A stretch of DNA of 18,820 bases. Origin: Octopus sinensis (lineage: Eukaryota). Location of the stretch: assembly GCF_006345805.1 (NCBI RefSeq), contig NW_021824435.1, forward strand, positions 1 through 18,820, written 5' to 3'. The position numbers and the translations under genes were made by a program. Shown piece after piece: positions 8,733 through 18,770 of this stretch. The notes under the pieces are model-generated. The model worked only from the letters and a program-made list of their open reading frames with translations, had not been told where the DNA came from and made no database searches. Each line of letters starts with the position of its first letter. Within the stretch, counting starts at the first letter, position 1.

Positions 8733-8833
8733 GTGGATGCGATAAAAATAACAGAGATAGGTTTACCTTTGCGTGGAATATATAAGTAAGGATGTGTATA
8801 TTCCAGGATCTATAGATTTCCATTTGTGTATCT
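8733..8833. repeat. ~100-bp unclassified dispersed repeat, copy 2
   Basis: Roughly 80% identical by eye to 7598-7698, same orientation. Confidence 0.75.
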
Positions 8834-9094
8834 AAAAGTTACTTAAGCTCCTCAGCTGGACCCAACACATAATAAACTATTTCGGAAATATTCATCATCT
8901 TACACTATGTGCGTTTTTACATTTGAATACCGCGCGTCATTCAAAAATGAACATATCGTGAGTTATGAAAACAAACTTTGAAATAATACACACACACGCA
9001 CGCACACAGACACACAGACAGACACACACACACACACACACACAATACAAATATATATATACATATGTAAAAGTAAAAAATACAAACTGGAACA

Positions 9095-9345
9095 AGAACG
9101 TGAAACATTTAGAAGACGACACAAGAAACACGGACGGGACATTCAAAGCCCTCAATCTTCAGTCAAGAACCGGATCATCTTCGCAATTTCGGCTGATTAA
9201 TCTCGAGATCGCTCCCACGCGGCCAGCCCCAAAGGAAAATCTAAGCCAAGCGCATTAGATTCCTTGGAAGAAAGCCTCAAATGTATATAAAACAAGGACG
9301 GAAAACGGACGATGTTACACGAATAAAAATACAAAAATACGTAAA
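9095..9345. repeat. Repeat family X, diverged copy
   Basis: TCAATCTTCAGTCA...CATC...GCAATTTCGGCTG...GGCCAGCCCCAA...CTAAGC...GCATTAGATTC aligns with 11079-11345. Confidence 0.7.
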
Positions 9346-9368
9346 AACAAAATATATATAAATATATA

Positions 9369-9644
9369 TTGTGTGAGTGTCTGTCTCCTACGATTTAGAT
9401 TCCTAACTACTCCCACATTTTGCGATGCAGTTTAAAACCAAACCGGTATCTTATAGTCGTGATTCATATCGAGCCCTTCTGGGTATTAGCGCGCGTCTAC
9501 GATGAGTCTACGATTTAAAAAATAATTTACCATGATTTTTTTTTCCATTTTAATGCATTTTTTGCTATTTTTGGCTATAACTCTCTAAAATGCTTTATAG
9601 TTATTTCCCTTACAAACCCGAGCAACGCCGGGCGATACTGCTAG
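9369..9644 (+). mobile_element. Non-autonomous Helitron (5' end clipped)
   Basis: 3' hairpin CCCG-AGCAACGC-CGGG, then CTAG followed by T. Lacks the first ~21 nt present in the 12267-12561 copy. Confidence 0.75.
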
Positions 9645-10372
9645 TATATATATATATATATATACAATTTAATGTAGAGTGGATAAAAATAAGAGCTAGT
9701 AACAGTTTCTTGCCATTACGGCACGTGTTTCGAAAAAGTTTTTATAACGTACGTTGAATCTCCAAGCAATCTCGGGCTGTGAGCACTTGGTTTGTTCTAT
9801 TTGAAAACCTGGACTTCGCACACACACGCGCACACACGCACTGACACACACATATATATATATATATATTTGTGTGCGTGTGTGTGATTACGGTGTTTGT
9901 ACGTGTACATATATGTAATATGTATGCATGTAGATATATATATATTTACAGCTTAGTTTTTTTCTTGGGGCTGGCCGAGTTGGAGCAAATATCAGAATTG
10001 AACAGCCGAATTTGCTATGATGATTCGTGTCTGACTGAAGATTGAAGGCTTCGAATGATTTGTCTGTGTTCCGTGTTCGTCCCTTCCTGTATTTCACGTT
10101 CATTATATATAAAAACATTCATTCTTAGTTATTGCGGCGTTGCGTGCACCCCCCCCCCGTTTGTTTGTCCAATTTTAATTTAAACCCTGCACGACTTCTA
10201 TACACACTGTCTTTTACTACCCGCCATTGCTTCTTCACCAAACTTTTTGGCGCCCTCCGATTCTTCCCCTCTCTTCCTCCCATCCTCCTCCCCTCTTCCT
10301 CCCATCCTCCTTAATCCCTTCTTTCTCCTTCTCTCTTGGTCACTGATTCTGTCCCCTGCCTTCCACCCTCTT
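9369..10372. repeat. Left arm of ~1-kb inverted duplication
   Basis: Continuous reverse complement of 11546-12540. Differences are mostly 1-2 nt indels. Confidence 0.95.
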
Positions 10373-10389
10373 ATATATATATATACATA

Positions 10390-10500
10390 CTCTGGCCTTC
10401 TTTCAGTTTCACTTTGACAAATTTAATCACAAAACTTTGGTCGGCTTGGGTCTATTGTCAAAGGCTCTCGTCCAAGGTGCTACGAAAATAGATAAAACTT
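10390..10500 (-). mobile_element. Degenerate SINE S1 central fragment
   Basis: CTTCTTTCAGTTTC...TTTGGTCGGCTTGGG.CTAT...CCAAGGTGC resembles S1 at 17780-17865. Confidence 0.55.
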
Positions 10501-10569
10501 CGTAGCATGCAGCCAGGCCAATATTTCGGACCGCTGAAACCTACAAGATTATTTTTTTCATTCTATCTA

Positions 10570-10699
10570 ACTTTATTTTCTTTTATTACTCTCTGTTGAA
10601 GAGCGTAGGCTCGAAACGCAAAGGACATTTTCATTTTCCCGTCCCTCAAACTATTACACTTGTTTGTTGTTCATACACCGGTCTTCGTCTTTTATTTAT

Positions 10700-10700
<1 letters not shown>
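10570..10700 (+). mobile_element. Repeat family H1, copy 3, with degenerate hammerhead motif
   Basis: CTGTTGA-A-GAGC-GTAG-GCTC-GAAAC-GCA at 10593-10620. GCA is not an NUH triplet and stem I is mismatched, so it is probably inactive. Confidence 0.6.
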
Positions 10701-10746
<46 letters not shown>

Positions 10747-10813
10747 ATCTCTCTCTCTCCTCCACTCTCTCTCTCTCTCTCTCTATATTTATATATATAT
10801 ATATTATATATCT

Positions 10814-10854
<41 letters not shown>

Positions 10855-11040
10855 TGTTTTCTCTTCTCTCTCTCCATATATATATATATATATATATATA
10901 GTTATATATATATATAGAGAGAGAGAGAGGAGAGTGTTTCATCTTTCTTTTCCTTCAGTCTGTCGCACAGACCAGAGACATCTATATATGCAATATATAT
11001 ATATATATAATATATTATATATATAATATATATATAATAT

Positions 11041-11077
<37 letters not shown>

Positions 11078-11078
11078 G
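10700..11078. repeat. Compound (TATC)n/(CT)n/(TA)n/(GA)n microsatellite block
   Basis: Directly visible. Confidence 0.9.
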
Positions 11079-11966
11079 TAAGAATGAATGTTTTTATATA
11101 TAATGAACGTGAATACAGGAAGGGACGAACACGGAACACAGACAATCATTCTAAGCCTTCATCTTCAGTCAGACACCGAATCATCATAGCAAATTTCGGC
11201 GTTTCAATTCTGATATTTGCTCCACTCTCGGCCAGCCCCAAGAAAAAAACTAAGCTGTAAGCATTAGATTCTTGGTAGAAGACAGGAATGTGAACGCACA
11301 AGACGGATGTGAATACAAGAGACGAAAACGAAATTGAAAACAATAATGAATAAACAAAATATATACGTTGGTTGTCATACGACTTTAGACCAAATGAGAC
11401 AAAACAACAAAACATGCAGCTGGCGTAGAAATAATTACCGTTTCGGTAGCGGGGCACATGTGGTCGAGATACGAGGCCAACAGAATGGTTGAAGAAGCAG
11501 CAGGTCGCAGGAGAGAGAGAAAGAGAGACAGAGAGAGAGGGAATCAAGAGGGTGGAAGGCAGGGACAGAATCAGTGACCAAGAGGAAGGAGAAAGAAGGG
11601 ATTAAGGAGGATGGGAGAAGAGGGGAGGAGGATGGGAGGAAGAGAGGGGAGAATCGGAGGGCGCCAAAAAGTTTGGTGAAGAAGCAATGGCGGGTAGTAA
11701 AAGACATGTGTATAGAAGTCGTGCAGGGTTTAAAATTGGACAAACAAACGGGGGGGGGGGTGCACGCAACGCCGCAATAATATAAGAATGAATGTTTTTA
11801 TATATAAGAACGTGAAATACAGGAAGGGACGAACACGGAACACAGACAAATCATTCGAAGCCTTCAATCTTCAGTCAGACACCGAATCATCATAGCAAAT
11901 TTCGGCTGTTCAATTCTGATATTTGCTCCAACTCGGCCAGCCCCAAGAAAAAAAACTAAGCTGTAA
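11079..11966. mobile_element. Family X element: ~704-bp unit plus a partial second unit (terminal direct repeats of ~182 bp)
   Basis: 11079-11260 and 11783-11966 are near-identical direct repeats flanking a ~520-bp purine-rich non-coding interior. Confidence 0.7.
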
Positions 11967-12540
11967 ATATATATATATCTACATGCATACATATATACAT
12001 ATATGTACACGTACAAACACCGTAATCACACACACGCACACAAATATATATATATATATATGTGTGTGTCAGTGCGTGTGTGCGCGTGTGTGTGCGAAGT
12101 CCAGGTTTTCAAATAGAACAAACCAAGTGCTCACAGCCCGAGATTGCTTGGAGATTCAACGTACGTTATAAAAACTTTTTCGAAACACGTGCCGTAATGG
12201 CAAGAAACTGTTACTAGCTCTTATTTTTATCCACTCTACATAAATGTATAATATATATATATACTACTAGCAGTATCGCCCGGCGTTGCTCGGGTTTGTA
12301 AGGGAATAACTATAAAGCATTTTAGAGAGAGTTAGCGCAAAATAGCAAAAAATGCATTAAAATGGAAAAAAAATTATGGTAAATTATTTTTTAAATCGTA
12401 GACTCATCGTAGACGCGCGCTAATACCCAGAAGGGCTCGATATGAATCACGACTATAAGATACCCGGTTTTGGTTAAACTGCATCGCAAAATGTGGGAGT
12501 AGTTAGGAATCTAAATCTTAGGAGACAGACACTCACACAA
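11546..12540. repeat. Right arm of ~1-kb inverted duplication
   Basis: Reverse complement of 9369-10372. Confidence 0.95.
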
Positions 12541-12561
12541 CTTCACTTTTATATATATAGA
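12267..12561 (-). mobile_element. Non-autonomous Helitron, complete (~295 bp)
   Basis: Minus strand starts TCTATATATATAAAAGTGAAG and ends with hairpin CCCGAGCAACGCCGGG plus CTAG. Flanked by A and T, with no target-site duplication. Confidence 0.8.
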
Positions 12562-12571
12562 TATATACATG

Positions 12572-13395
12572 CACGGTGTGGTGAATAAATTGTCACCTAA
12601 ATTACACAAAAATAGAAATAAGAACTCACTTCTCATTTTAACAGATATATTTACCAAAATTACGTTAAAATATCTTGAAATATTAAAGAGTAAATTTATT
12701 CAATTAAAATTAATATTGGCTTGAACCATGGCCTCCAGATGACTTCGGAATCTCCTGCAACTCTCCTGGACGGTCTCCTCGTTTAAATTGGTGAATGCTG
12801 CCATAATCCTTGCCTTCAGTTCATCTTTGGCGTTACAAGAAGTTTTGTTGGTCTCTCGCTCATCTGCGCCCCACACATAATAATCAAGGGGGTTGCTGTC
12901 TGGGGAGTTAGATGTCCAGATGTTAGGGCTGATGTGGTCGCAGAAATTGACAGCCATGACTGGGTTCTCCTGCTTGCGTGGCATGATACAGAATTGTGTC
13001 GCCAGATATAGAGCCTTTCAGCAGCCACCCTCTTGACCCAGGGCAGCACTACCTCTTCCAGGTACTTGATGTAGGCCTCCGTGTTGAGTGTGAGGCCGTG
13101 TGGGAAGAAGAATGGAGGTATAACGTCGACATAACTAGTGACCACTCCACACTCCATAATGTCGACAGAATGTTTGATTTTTGTCACTCTCGGTACATGT
13201 CCTCAAATTGACACCCAGACACTCTGAAATATTCGTATCGGAGCTTCCGACGCGTATGTCAAGCAGTACATCATATCGTTTCGAAATTTCCGACAGAGTG
13301 AATTGCATCTGGTGCTGTTCTACTCTCCAAAACAAACAATGCTTATGTACGAAATTAAATATGAGAAATGGCGACAATTTACCCATCGCTCCATG
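12572..13395 (-). mobile_element. Tc1/mariner (maT, DD37D-like) DNA transposon, internally deleted and decayed
   Basis: Imperfect 26-bp TIRs at 12572-12597 and 13370-13395, with TA at 13396-13397. Transposase remnants: N-terminal FTLSEISKRYDVLLDIRVGSSDTNISECLGVNLRT, then GVVTS..V.PPFFFPHGL.LNTEAYIKYLEEVVLPW, and W..NSPDSNPLDYYVWG...CRRFRSHLEAMVQA. The C-terminal catalytic residue is D (NPLDY). Confidence 0.9.
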
Positions 13396-13769
13396 TATGT
13401 GTGTTTGAGAGTGTGTGTGTGTGTGCATGTGTGTGTAGGTTAAGGAGGTGCCTTTTCCATTCACCAAAGGGAATGGAACTTTGGCCACGAAGAGCTGATA
13501 TTATCAGACGGTATCCAACGTTCGTCGGGTGTTTCGACCTTTAACCGTAGACACCCTCTGTAACTCTTCGCCCTCTCTCTCTCTCTCTCCGCTCGTACAC
13601 ACCCATCCATGCACACGCGTCACCACCACGACCATACCCCTACATTGCTTCCCAGAATCTACCTTCTCTATCTCCAGCATCTTCATCTTCATTTCATCAT
13701 TGTCTTTTCAATCATTTTGCATTTGTATTTATTTCTTCCACTTTCACATCTTGATTCCTTTTTTTATTG

Positions 13770-14214
13770 TTGTAATTTTTGTTGTTGTAGTTGTCGTCGT
13801 CGTCATAGTTGTGTTGCTCTTCTTCTTCATCATCATCATCATCATTGTCGTCGTCGTCGTTATTATCGTCATCATCGTCGCCATCGCCATCATCATCATC
13901 ATCCTCATCATCATCATCATCATCATCGTCATCATCGTCATCTACTTCTTCTTCATCATCATCTTCTTCTTCTTCTTCTTCTTCTTCTCCTCCTCCTCCT
14001 CCTCTTCTTCTTCTTCTTCTTCTCTTCCTCCTTCTTCTACTTCGTCTTCGTCTCCTTCTCCTCTTCCTCTTCCTTCTTCTTCTTCTTCTTCTTCTTCTTC
14101 TTCTTCTTCTCCTCCTCCTCTTTCTTTTACTTCTTCTTATCCTTCTTTCCACATCTTGTTTATGCAGTTGCCATCGTTTTCTACTTGTCCGTACTGTTGT
14201 TGTTGTTATTGTTA

Positions 14215-14277
<63 letters not shown>

Positions 14278-14285
14278 TACTACCC
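13770..14285. repeat. Trinucleotide patchwork (GTT/CGT/CAT/CTT/CCT/ATT)n
   Basis: Directly visible. Explains the homopolymeric ORFs at 13529-14501. Confidence 0.9.
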
Positions 14286-14706
14286 GTGTGTTTTCCTTCC
14301 GTCTTCATCTCCCACTTTCTCTCCAACATTTCTCCTTGTTCTACTTCAAACATTCATTTCGCCCTCACTCCACTACGTTCCACTTTAATCTCCTTCCACT
14401 TTAATCTCCTTCCACTTTTACGCCAATTTCCTTTCCTTCTTTCTTTTTTCCTTTCATCCTCTTTCTCTCTCTCTTCTCTCTTTATTTCTTTCTTCCTCTG
14501 ACATTTATCGAGACATTCTTCAAATTTAAATTATACGATTACAAAATCATTTACGAACATCCTTAAAAATTCATGAACCCCGAACACGTAAGAAGAAGCC
14601 CTTCGGGAAACAGGGCTTCCTTGTTGTGACGTATGCAAATCTATGTTCCGATCACGGAATAGGTTAATTTCGAAATGCCACACAACACAATATAAATAAT
14701 TATACA

Positions 14707-14870
14707 GACGCAGGCGTGGCTGTAAGGCAAGGGTTTGCTTCCCAACCAAATGGTTCCAGGTTCAGTCCCACTGCATGGCACCTTGGGCAAGTATATTCTA
14801 CAGCTTCGGGCAGATTAAATCCACATGAATGGATTTAGATGCCGCAAACTGATAGAAGCCCGTCATATAT
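14707..14870 (+). mobile_element. SINE S1 5' half (tRNA head plus CORE-like start)
   Basis: GCAGGCGTGGCTGT...GGTTCAGTCCC (B box)...CCTTGGGCAAGT...GAAGCCCGTC. Confidence 0.75.
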
Positions 14871-14919
14871 ATATATCTGTGTGTGCGCGCGCGCGCGCGT
14901 GTGTGTATATATAAGCTCT

Positions 14920-15318
14920 TTTATTTGTTTAAGTCATTTGATTGCGGCCATGCTGGAGCACTGCATTTTGTCGAGCAAATCGACACCAAGACTTATTCTT
15001 TGTAAGCTTAGTACTTATTCTATCGGTGTCTTTTGCCGAATCGCTAATTACAGGGACGTAAACACACCAGCACTGGTTGTCAGCACCGGTTGTCAGCACC
15101 GGTTGTCAAGCAATGTTGGGGACAAACAGAGACACACCAACACACATACATATATATAAATATATACATATATACGACGGACTTCTTTCAGTTTCCGTCT
15201 ACCAAATCCACTCACAAGGCATCAGTCACCCGAGGCTGTAGTAGAAGACACTTGCTCAGAGTGCAACGCAGTGGGACTGAACCCGGAGCTATGTGGTTGG
15301 TAAACAAGCTACTTACCA
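14920..15318 (-). mobile_element. SINE S1, near full length
   Basis: Tail, internal microsatellite, central region and head to GGTAAGTAGCTTG all present. Contains a 13-bp triplication at 15070-15108. Confidence 0.85.
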
Positions 15319-15336
15319 TATATATATATATATCTC

Positions 15337-15716
15337 TCTATATAAACGGCAGTTTGTCTGTGCGTGTTTCTGTGTGTCTGTTTGCTTGTACCCTCACCCT
15401 GACCACGGCTTTCAACCGATTCTGATGAAACTTGACACATACATAGCCCAATGTCATAATTCAAAACTAACGCAGCGAAAATTTTGAAAAGTTCCCCCAG
15501 TTCTGAAAAAAATCGATAAATTCGACATGGGGTCGAGAATCAGAAACACAAACCGCAAACTGTCTAGGGGACGCAACTCCACCTTTTTTAACTCTCAAAA
15601 AATAATTTACCATCATTTTTTTCCATTTTTTTGCTATTTTTTTGGCTATAACTCTCTAAAAATGCTTTATAGTTATTTCCCTTACAAACCTGAGCAACGC
15701 CGGGCGATACTGCTAG
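15337..15716 (+). mobile_element. Non-autonomous Helitron, complete (~380 bp)
   Basis: Starts TCTATATAAACGGC, ends CCTGAGCAACGCCGGG...CTAG followed by T. Sits in a (TA)n run. Confidence 0.8.
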
Positions 15717-15741
15717 TATATATATATATATAATATATATA

Positions 15742-16095
15742 GTAAGGAGCTTGCGTGCCAACTACATGGTTCTGAGTTCAGACCCACTGCATGGCTCCTT
15801 GGGCAAGTGTCTTCTACTATATATAGCCTCGGGTCGACCAAAGCGAAGTGAGTGAACTTGGTAGACGGAAACTGAAAGAAATTCATCGCATATTTTCTGT
15901 GTATGTATACCCTTATATGCGGTGTGTGTGTGTGCGTTTGTAGCCCCGCGATCGGATGACAACCGATGTTGGTGTATTTATGTCCCCGTAACGTAGCGGT
16001 TCGGCAAATGATTGCGATAGAATACGTACTAGGCTTACAAAAATTAAGCACTGGGAACGATTTCTTCGAGTGAAAGGCAATGCTACAGCATGGCC
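15742..16095 (+). mobile_element. SINE S1, tail truncated at GGCC
   Basis: Head GTAAGGAGCTTGC...GTTCAGACCC, CCTTGGGCAAGTGTCTTCTAC, tail to CAGCATGGCC. Confidence 0.8.
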
Positions 16096-16270
16096 ATGCT
16101 GGAGCATCGTTTTCAGGAATTTTAGTCGAACAAATCTACTCCAGCAGAGAGATATTATGCTTCGTACTCTTTCAATCAGTTGCTTTTGCAAGACCGGTCT
16201 GTTACAGGATGTAAACACACAAGCACCGTTTGTCAAGAAATGGTGGGGGACAAACAAACACACACACATG

Positions 16271-16303
<33 letters not shown>

Positions 16304-16425
16304 CGTCAGGGTTCTTTTCAGTTTCCGTCTACCAAATCCACTCACGAGGCTTTGGTTGGCTCGAATGTATAGTAGGAGACACTTGCTCAAGGTGCCACGT
16401 AGTGGGACTCAACTACCCCACAACT
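16092..16425 (-). mobile_element. SINE S1, tail truncated at GGCC
   Basis: Begins GGCCATGCTGGAGCA and continues to CACTTGCTCAAGGTGCCACGTAGTGGGACT. Confidence 0.75.
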
Positions 16426-16644
16426 TACTACACACACACACACATACACACAAACACACACACACACAGATACACACGCATAAACACACACGCGCGCACA
16501 CACACACAACACACTCAGACAACACATAAACACAGGAACACACACACATACACACGCACATACACAGGCGCGCACATACACACACTCGAACACACATACA
16601 CTCACACTCACACCCATACACATATACACGCATACACACATACT

Positions 16645-16870
16645 TTTATTTACATTCTTTTTTCCTTTTATTCGGTTACTTGTTCCAGTCATTTGACTGC
16701 GGCCATACTGGTGCACAACCATAACGGGTTTTCAAGTCGGAGAGATCGACTCTAGGGCTTATTCTTTATAAGCCGAGTAATTATTCCATCGGAGGCATAC
16801 GGTGATATAAACATACCAGCATCGGTTGTCAAGCGATCGTGGGGGGGGGGAGGCAAATACAGACACAAAG
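16645..16870 (-). mobile_element. SINE S1 3' half
   Basis: CAGTCATTTGACTGCGGCCATACTGG...CCAGCATCGGTTGTCAAGCGAT. Confidence 0.75.
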
Positions 16871-16924
16871 ACACATAAATACATACATACATACATACAT
16901 ACATACATACATACATACATACAT

Positions 16925-17298
16925 GGAAGCGCAATGGCCCGGTAGCAGACTCGCGGTCATAGGATCACAGTTTCGATTCCTAGACCGGGCATTGTAAATG
17001 TTTATTGAATGAAGACACCTAAAGCTCCACGAGGCTCCGGCAAGGGGTGGTGGAGAACCCTACTGTACTCTTTCAACACAACTTTCTCTCACTCCTTCTT
17101 CTTCTTGTTTCTATTGTACCTGTTGTTCAAAGGGGCCAGCCTTGTCACAATCTGTTTCACGCTGAATCTCCCCGAGAACTACGTTAAGGGTACTTGTGCA
17201 TGGTGAGTGCTCAGCTACTTGCACGATAACATCACCAGCAGGCTGTTCTGTTGATCGGATCAACTGGAATTTGGTCGTCGTAACCGACGCTGTACCAC
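16925..17298 (+). mobile_element. tRNA-derived SINE, family S3
   Basis: tRNA-like head GGAAGCGCAATGGCCC...GTTTCGATTCC, then a ~300-bp body unrelated to S1 or S2. I recognise it as a recurrent octopus repeat but cannot name it. Confidence 0.65.
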
Positions 17299-17363
17299 GA
17301 CATACATATTATATATTATATATATATATGTATGTGTGTGTGTGTGTGTGTGTGTTCGTATGT

Positions 17364-17490
17364 GCGACGGGCTTCTTTTACCTTCCGTCTAACAAATCCA
17401 CTCAAAAAGTTGTGCCAAAGATGGCAGGCAGTGGGATTGAGTCCGGAACCATGTGGTTGGGAAACAAGCTTCTTACGACACAACCACAGA
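17364..17490 (-). mobile_element. SINE S1 5' fragment with internal deletion
   Basis: CGACGGGCTTCTTT...CAGTGGGATTGAGTCCGGAACCATGTGGTTGGGAAACAAGCTTCTTAC. Confidence 0.7.
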
Positions 17491-17539
17491 TGAAAGCAGC
17501 TGTGCCAAACTCCCTTATTCACCAAATGCCACATATACT

Positions 17540-17934
17540 CTTTTACTTCTTCCAGTCATTTGACTGTGACCATGCTGGAGCGCCGCCTTTAGTCGAGCAA
17601 ATCGACCCCAAGACTTATTCTTTGTAAGCCCAGTACTTATTCTATCGGTGTCTTTTGCCGAACCGCTAAGTTAAGGGGACGGAAGCATACCAGCATCGGT
17701 TGTCAAGCGATGTTGGGGGGAACAAACGCAGACACACAAACATATACATACATATACATATATATATACATATATACGACGGGTTTCTTTCAGTTTCCGT
17801 CCATCAAATCCACTCACATGGCTTTGGTCGGCCTGAGGCTATAGTAGAAGACACTTTCCCAAGGAGCCTAGCAGTGGGACTGAACCCGGAACCATGTGGT
17901 TGGTAAGCAAGCTACTTACCACACAGCCGCTCCT
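17540..17934 (-). mobile_element. SINE S1, best-preserved full-length copy
   Basis: Head AGGAGCGGCTGTGTGGTAAGTAGC (A box), GGTTCAGTCCC (B box), central region, internal (AT/GT)n, complete tail. Confidence 0.9.
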
Positions 17935-17959
17935 ACCAGTTGAGGTTTCAAATAATGTT

Positions 17960-18015
17960 GTAGCTCAGTCAACGGTGGTGCTCCAGCATGAGCGCAACTG
18001 ATTTAAAGTTGATTG
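17960..18015 (+). mobile_element. SINE S1 tail remnant
   Basis: GGTGGTGCTCCAGCATG. Confidence 0.45.
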
Positions 18016-18159
18016 AAAATGTATGTGTGTGTGTGTGTGTGTGTGTAGGTATGTGTTTACATGTGATACATATATGTGCGTGTGTGTGACTGTTTGTGCG
18101 TGTACGTGTGCACGTAATCGTGTGAATGTGTGCGCAGGCGTATTAGAGGTTGGAATACG

Positions 18160-18546
18160 GCTTTTGGTGAGTGTTGTTGTTGTTGCTCTTGTTCTTGCTG
18201 CTGTGGGTGTTGTTGCTGTCGTATACATTGTCGCTCTTTCCATCACAACAATTATAAACATCATTTTCACCGCCGCCGTCACCGCCAATACCACCGCCAC
18301 TACTACTTTCACCTCCACCACCGCCGCCACCGCAACTCCTACCGCCGCCGCCTCCACCACCAGGACTACTACCATAACCACCACCGCTACCATCACTGTC
18401 GTTACTACCAATACAATACCAGCACCACAATCGCTGCTACCACCACCACCACTACCACCAATACCAGCAGCAGCACAGCAGCAGCAGCAGCCTCACCACC
18501 ACCACTAACACCACTACCACTATCACCACAGCCGCAACCACTACCG

Positions 18547-18577
<31 letters not shown>

Positions 18578-18745
18578 CACAACAACCACCACCACGCGCC
18601 CCACCGACAGCACCACCAGCGCCACCAGCGCCACCAGCGCCACCAGCTCCATTACCAGCAGCTTCACCAGCGTTACCACCACAACCAGCAGCAGCTGTAG
18701 AACCACCACCTGATGCAGCAGCACCATACCACCAACCCTCCACCA
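18160..18745. repeat. GC-rich trinucleotide patchwork (GTT/ACC/GCC/CAG) with 9-bp tandem GCCACCAGC
   Basis: Directly visible. Confidence 0.85.
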
Positions 18746-18769
18746 TTTACAAGTTTTTTTTATTTTTCA

Positions 18770-18770
18770 T

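Noticed and set aside
10030-10065. Possible hammerhead in family X (CUGAAGA...GAAU)
   Set aside because: No GAAA, no proper stem II closing pair and no stem I in any of the four copies.
13495-13545. Minus-strand GAAAC...CTGATAA arrangement (type II hammerhead?)
   Set aside because: The core is CUGAUAA and stems I and II do not form.
13529-14501. Long ORFs of 213-291 aa in several frames
   Set aside because: They are translations of trinucleotide repeats, open on both strands, with no splice or domain evidence.
14590-14625. Hairpin GAAGCCCT/AGGGCTTC with GAAAC, superficially hammerhead-like
   Set aside because: Lacks CUGANGA. A single 8-bp stem is expected by chance.
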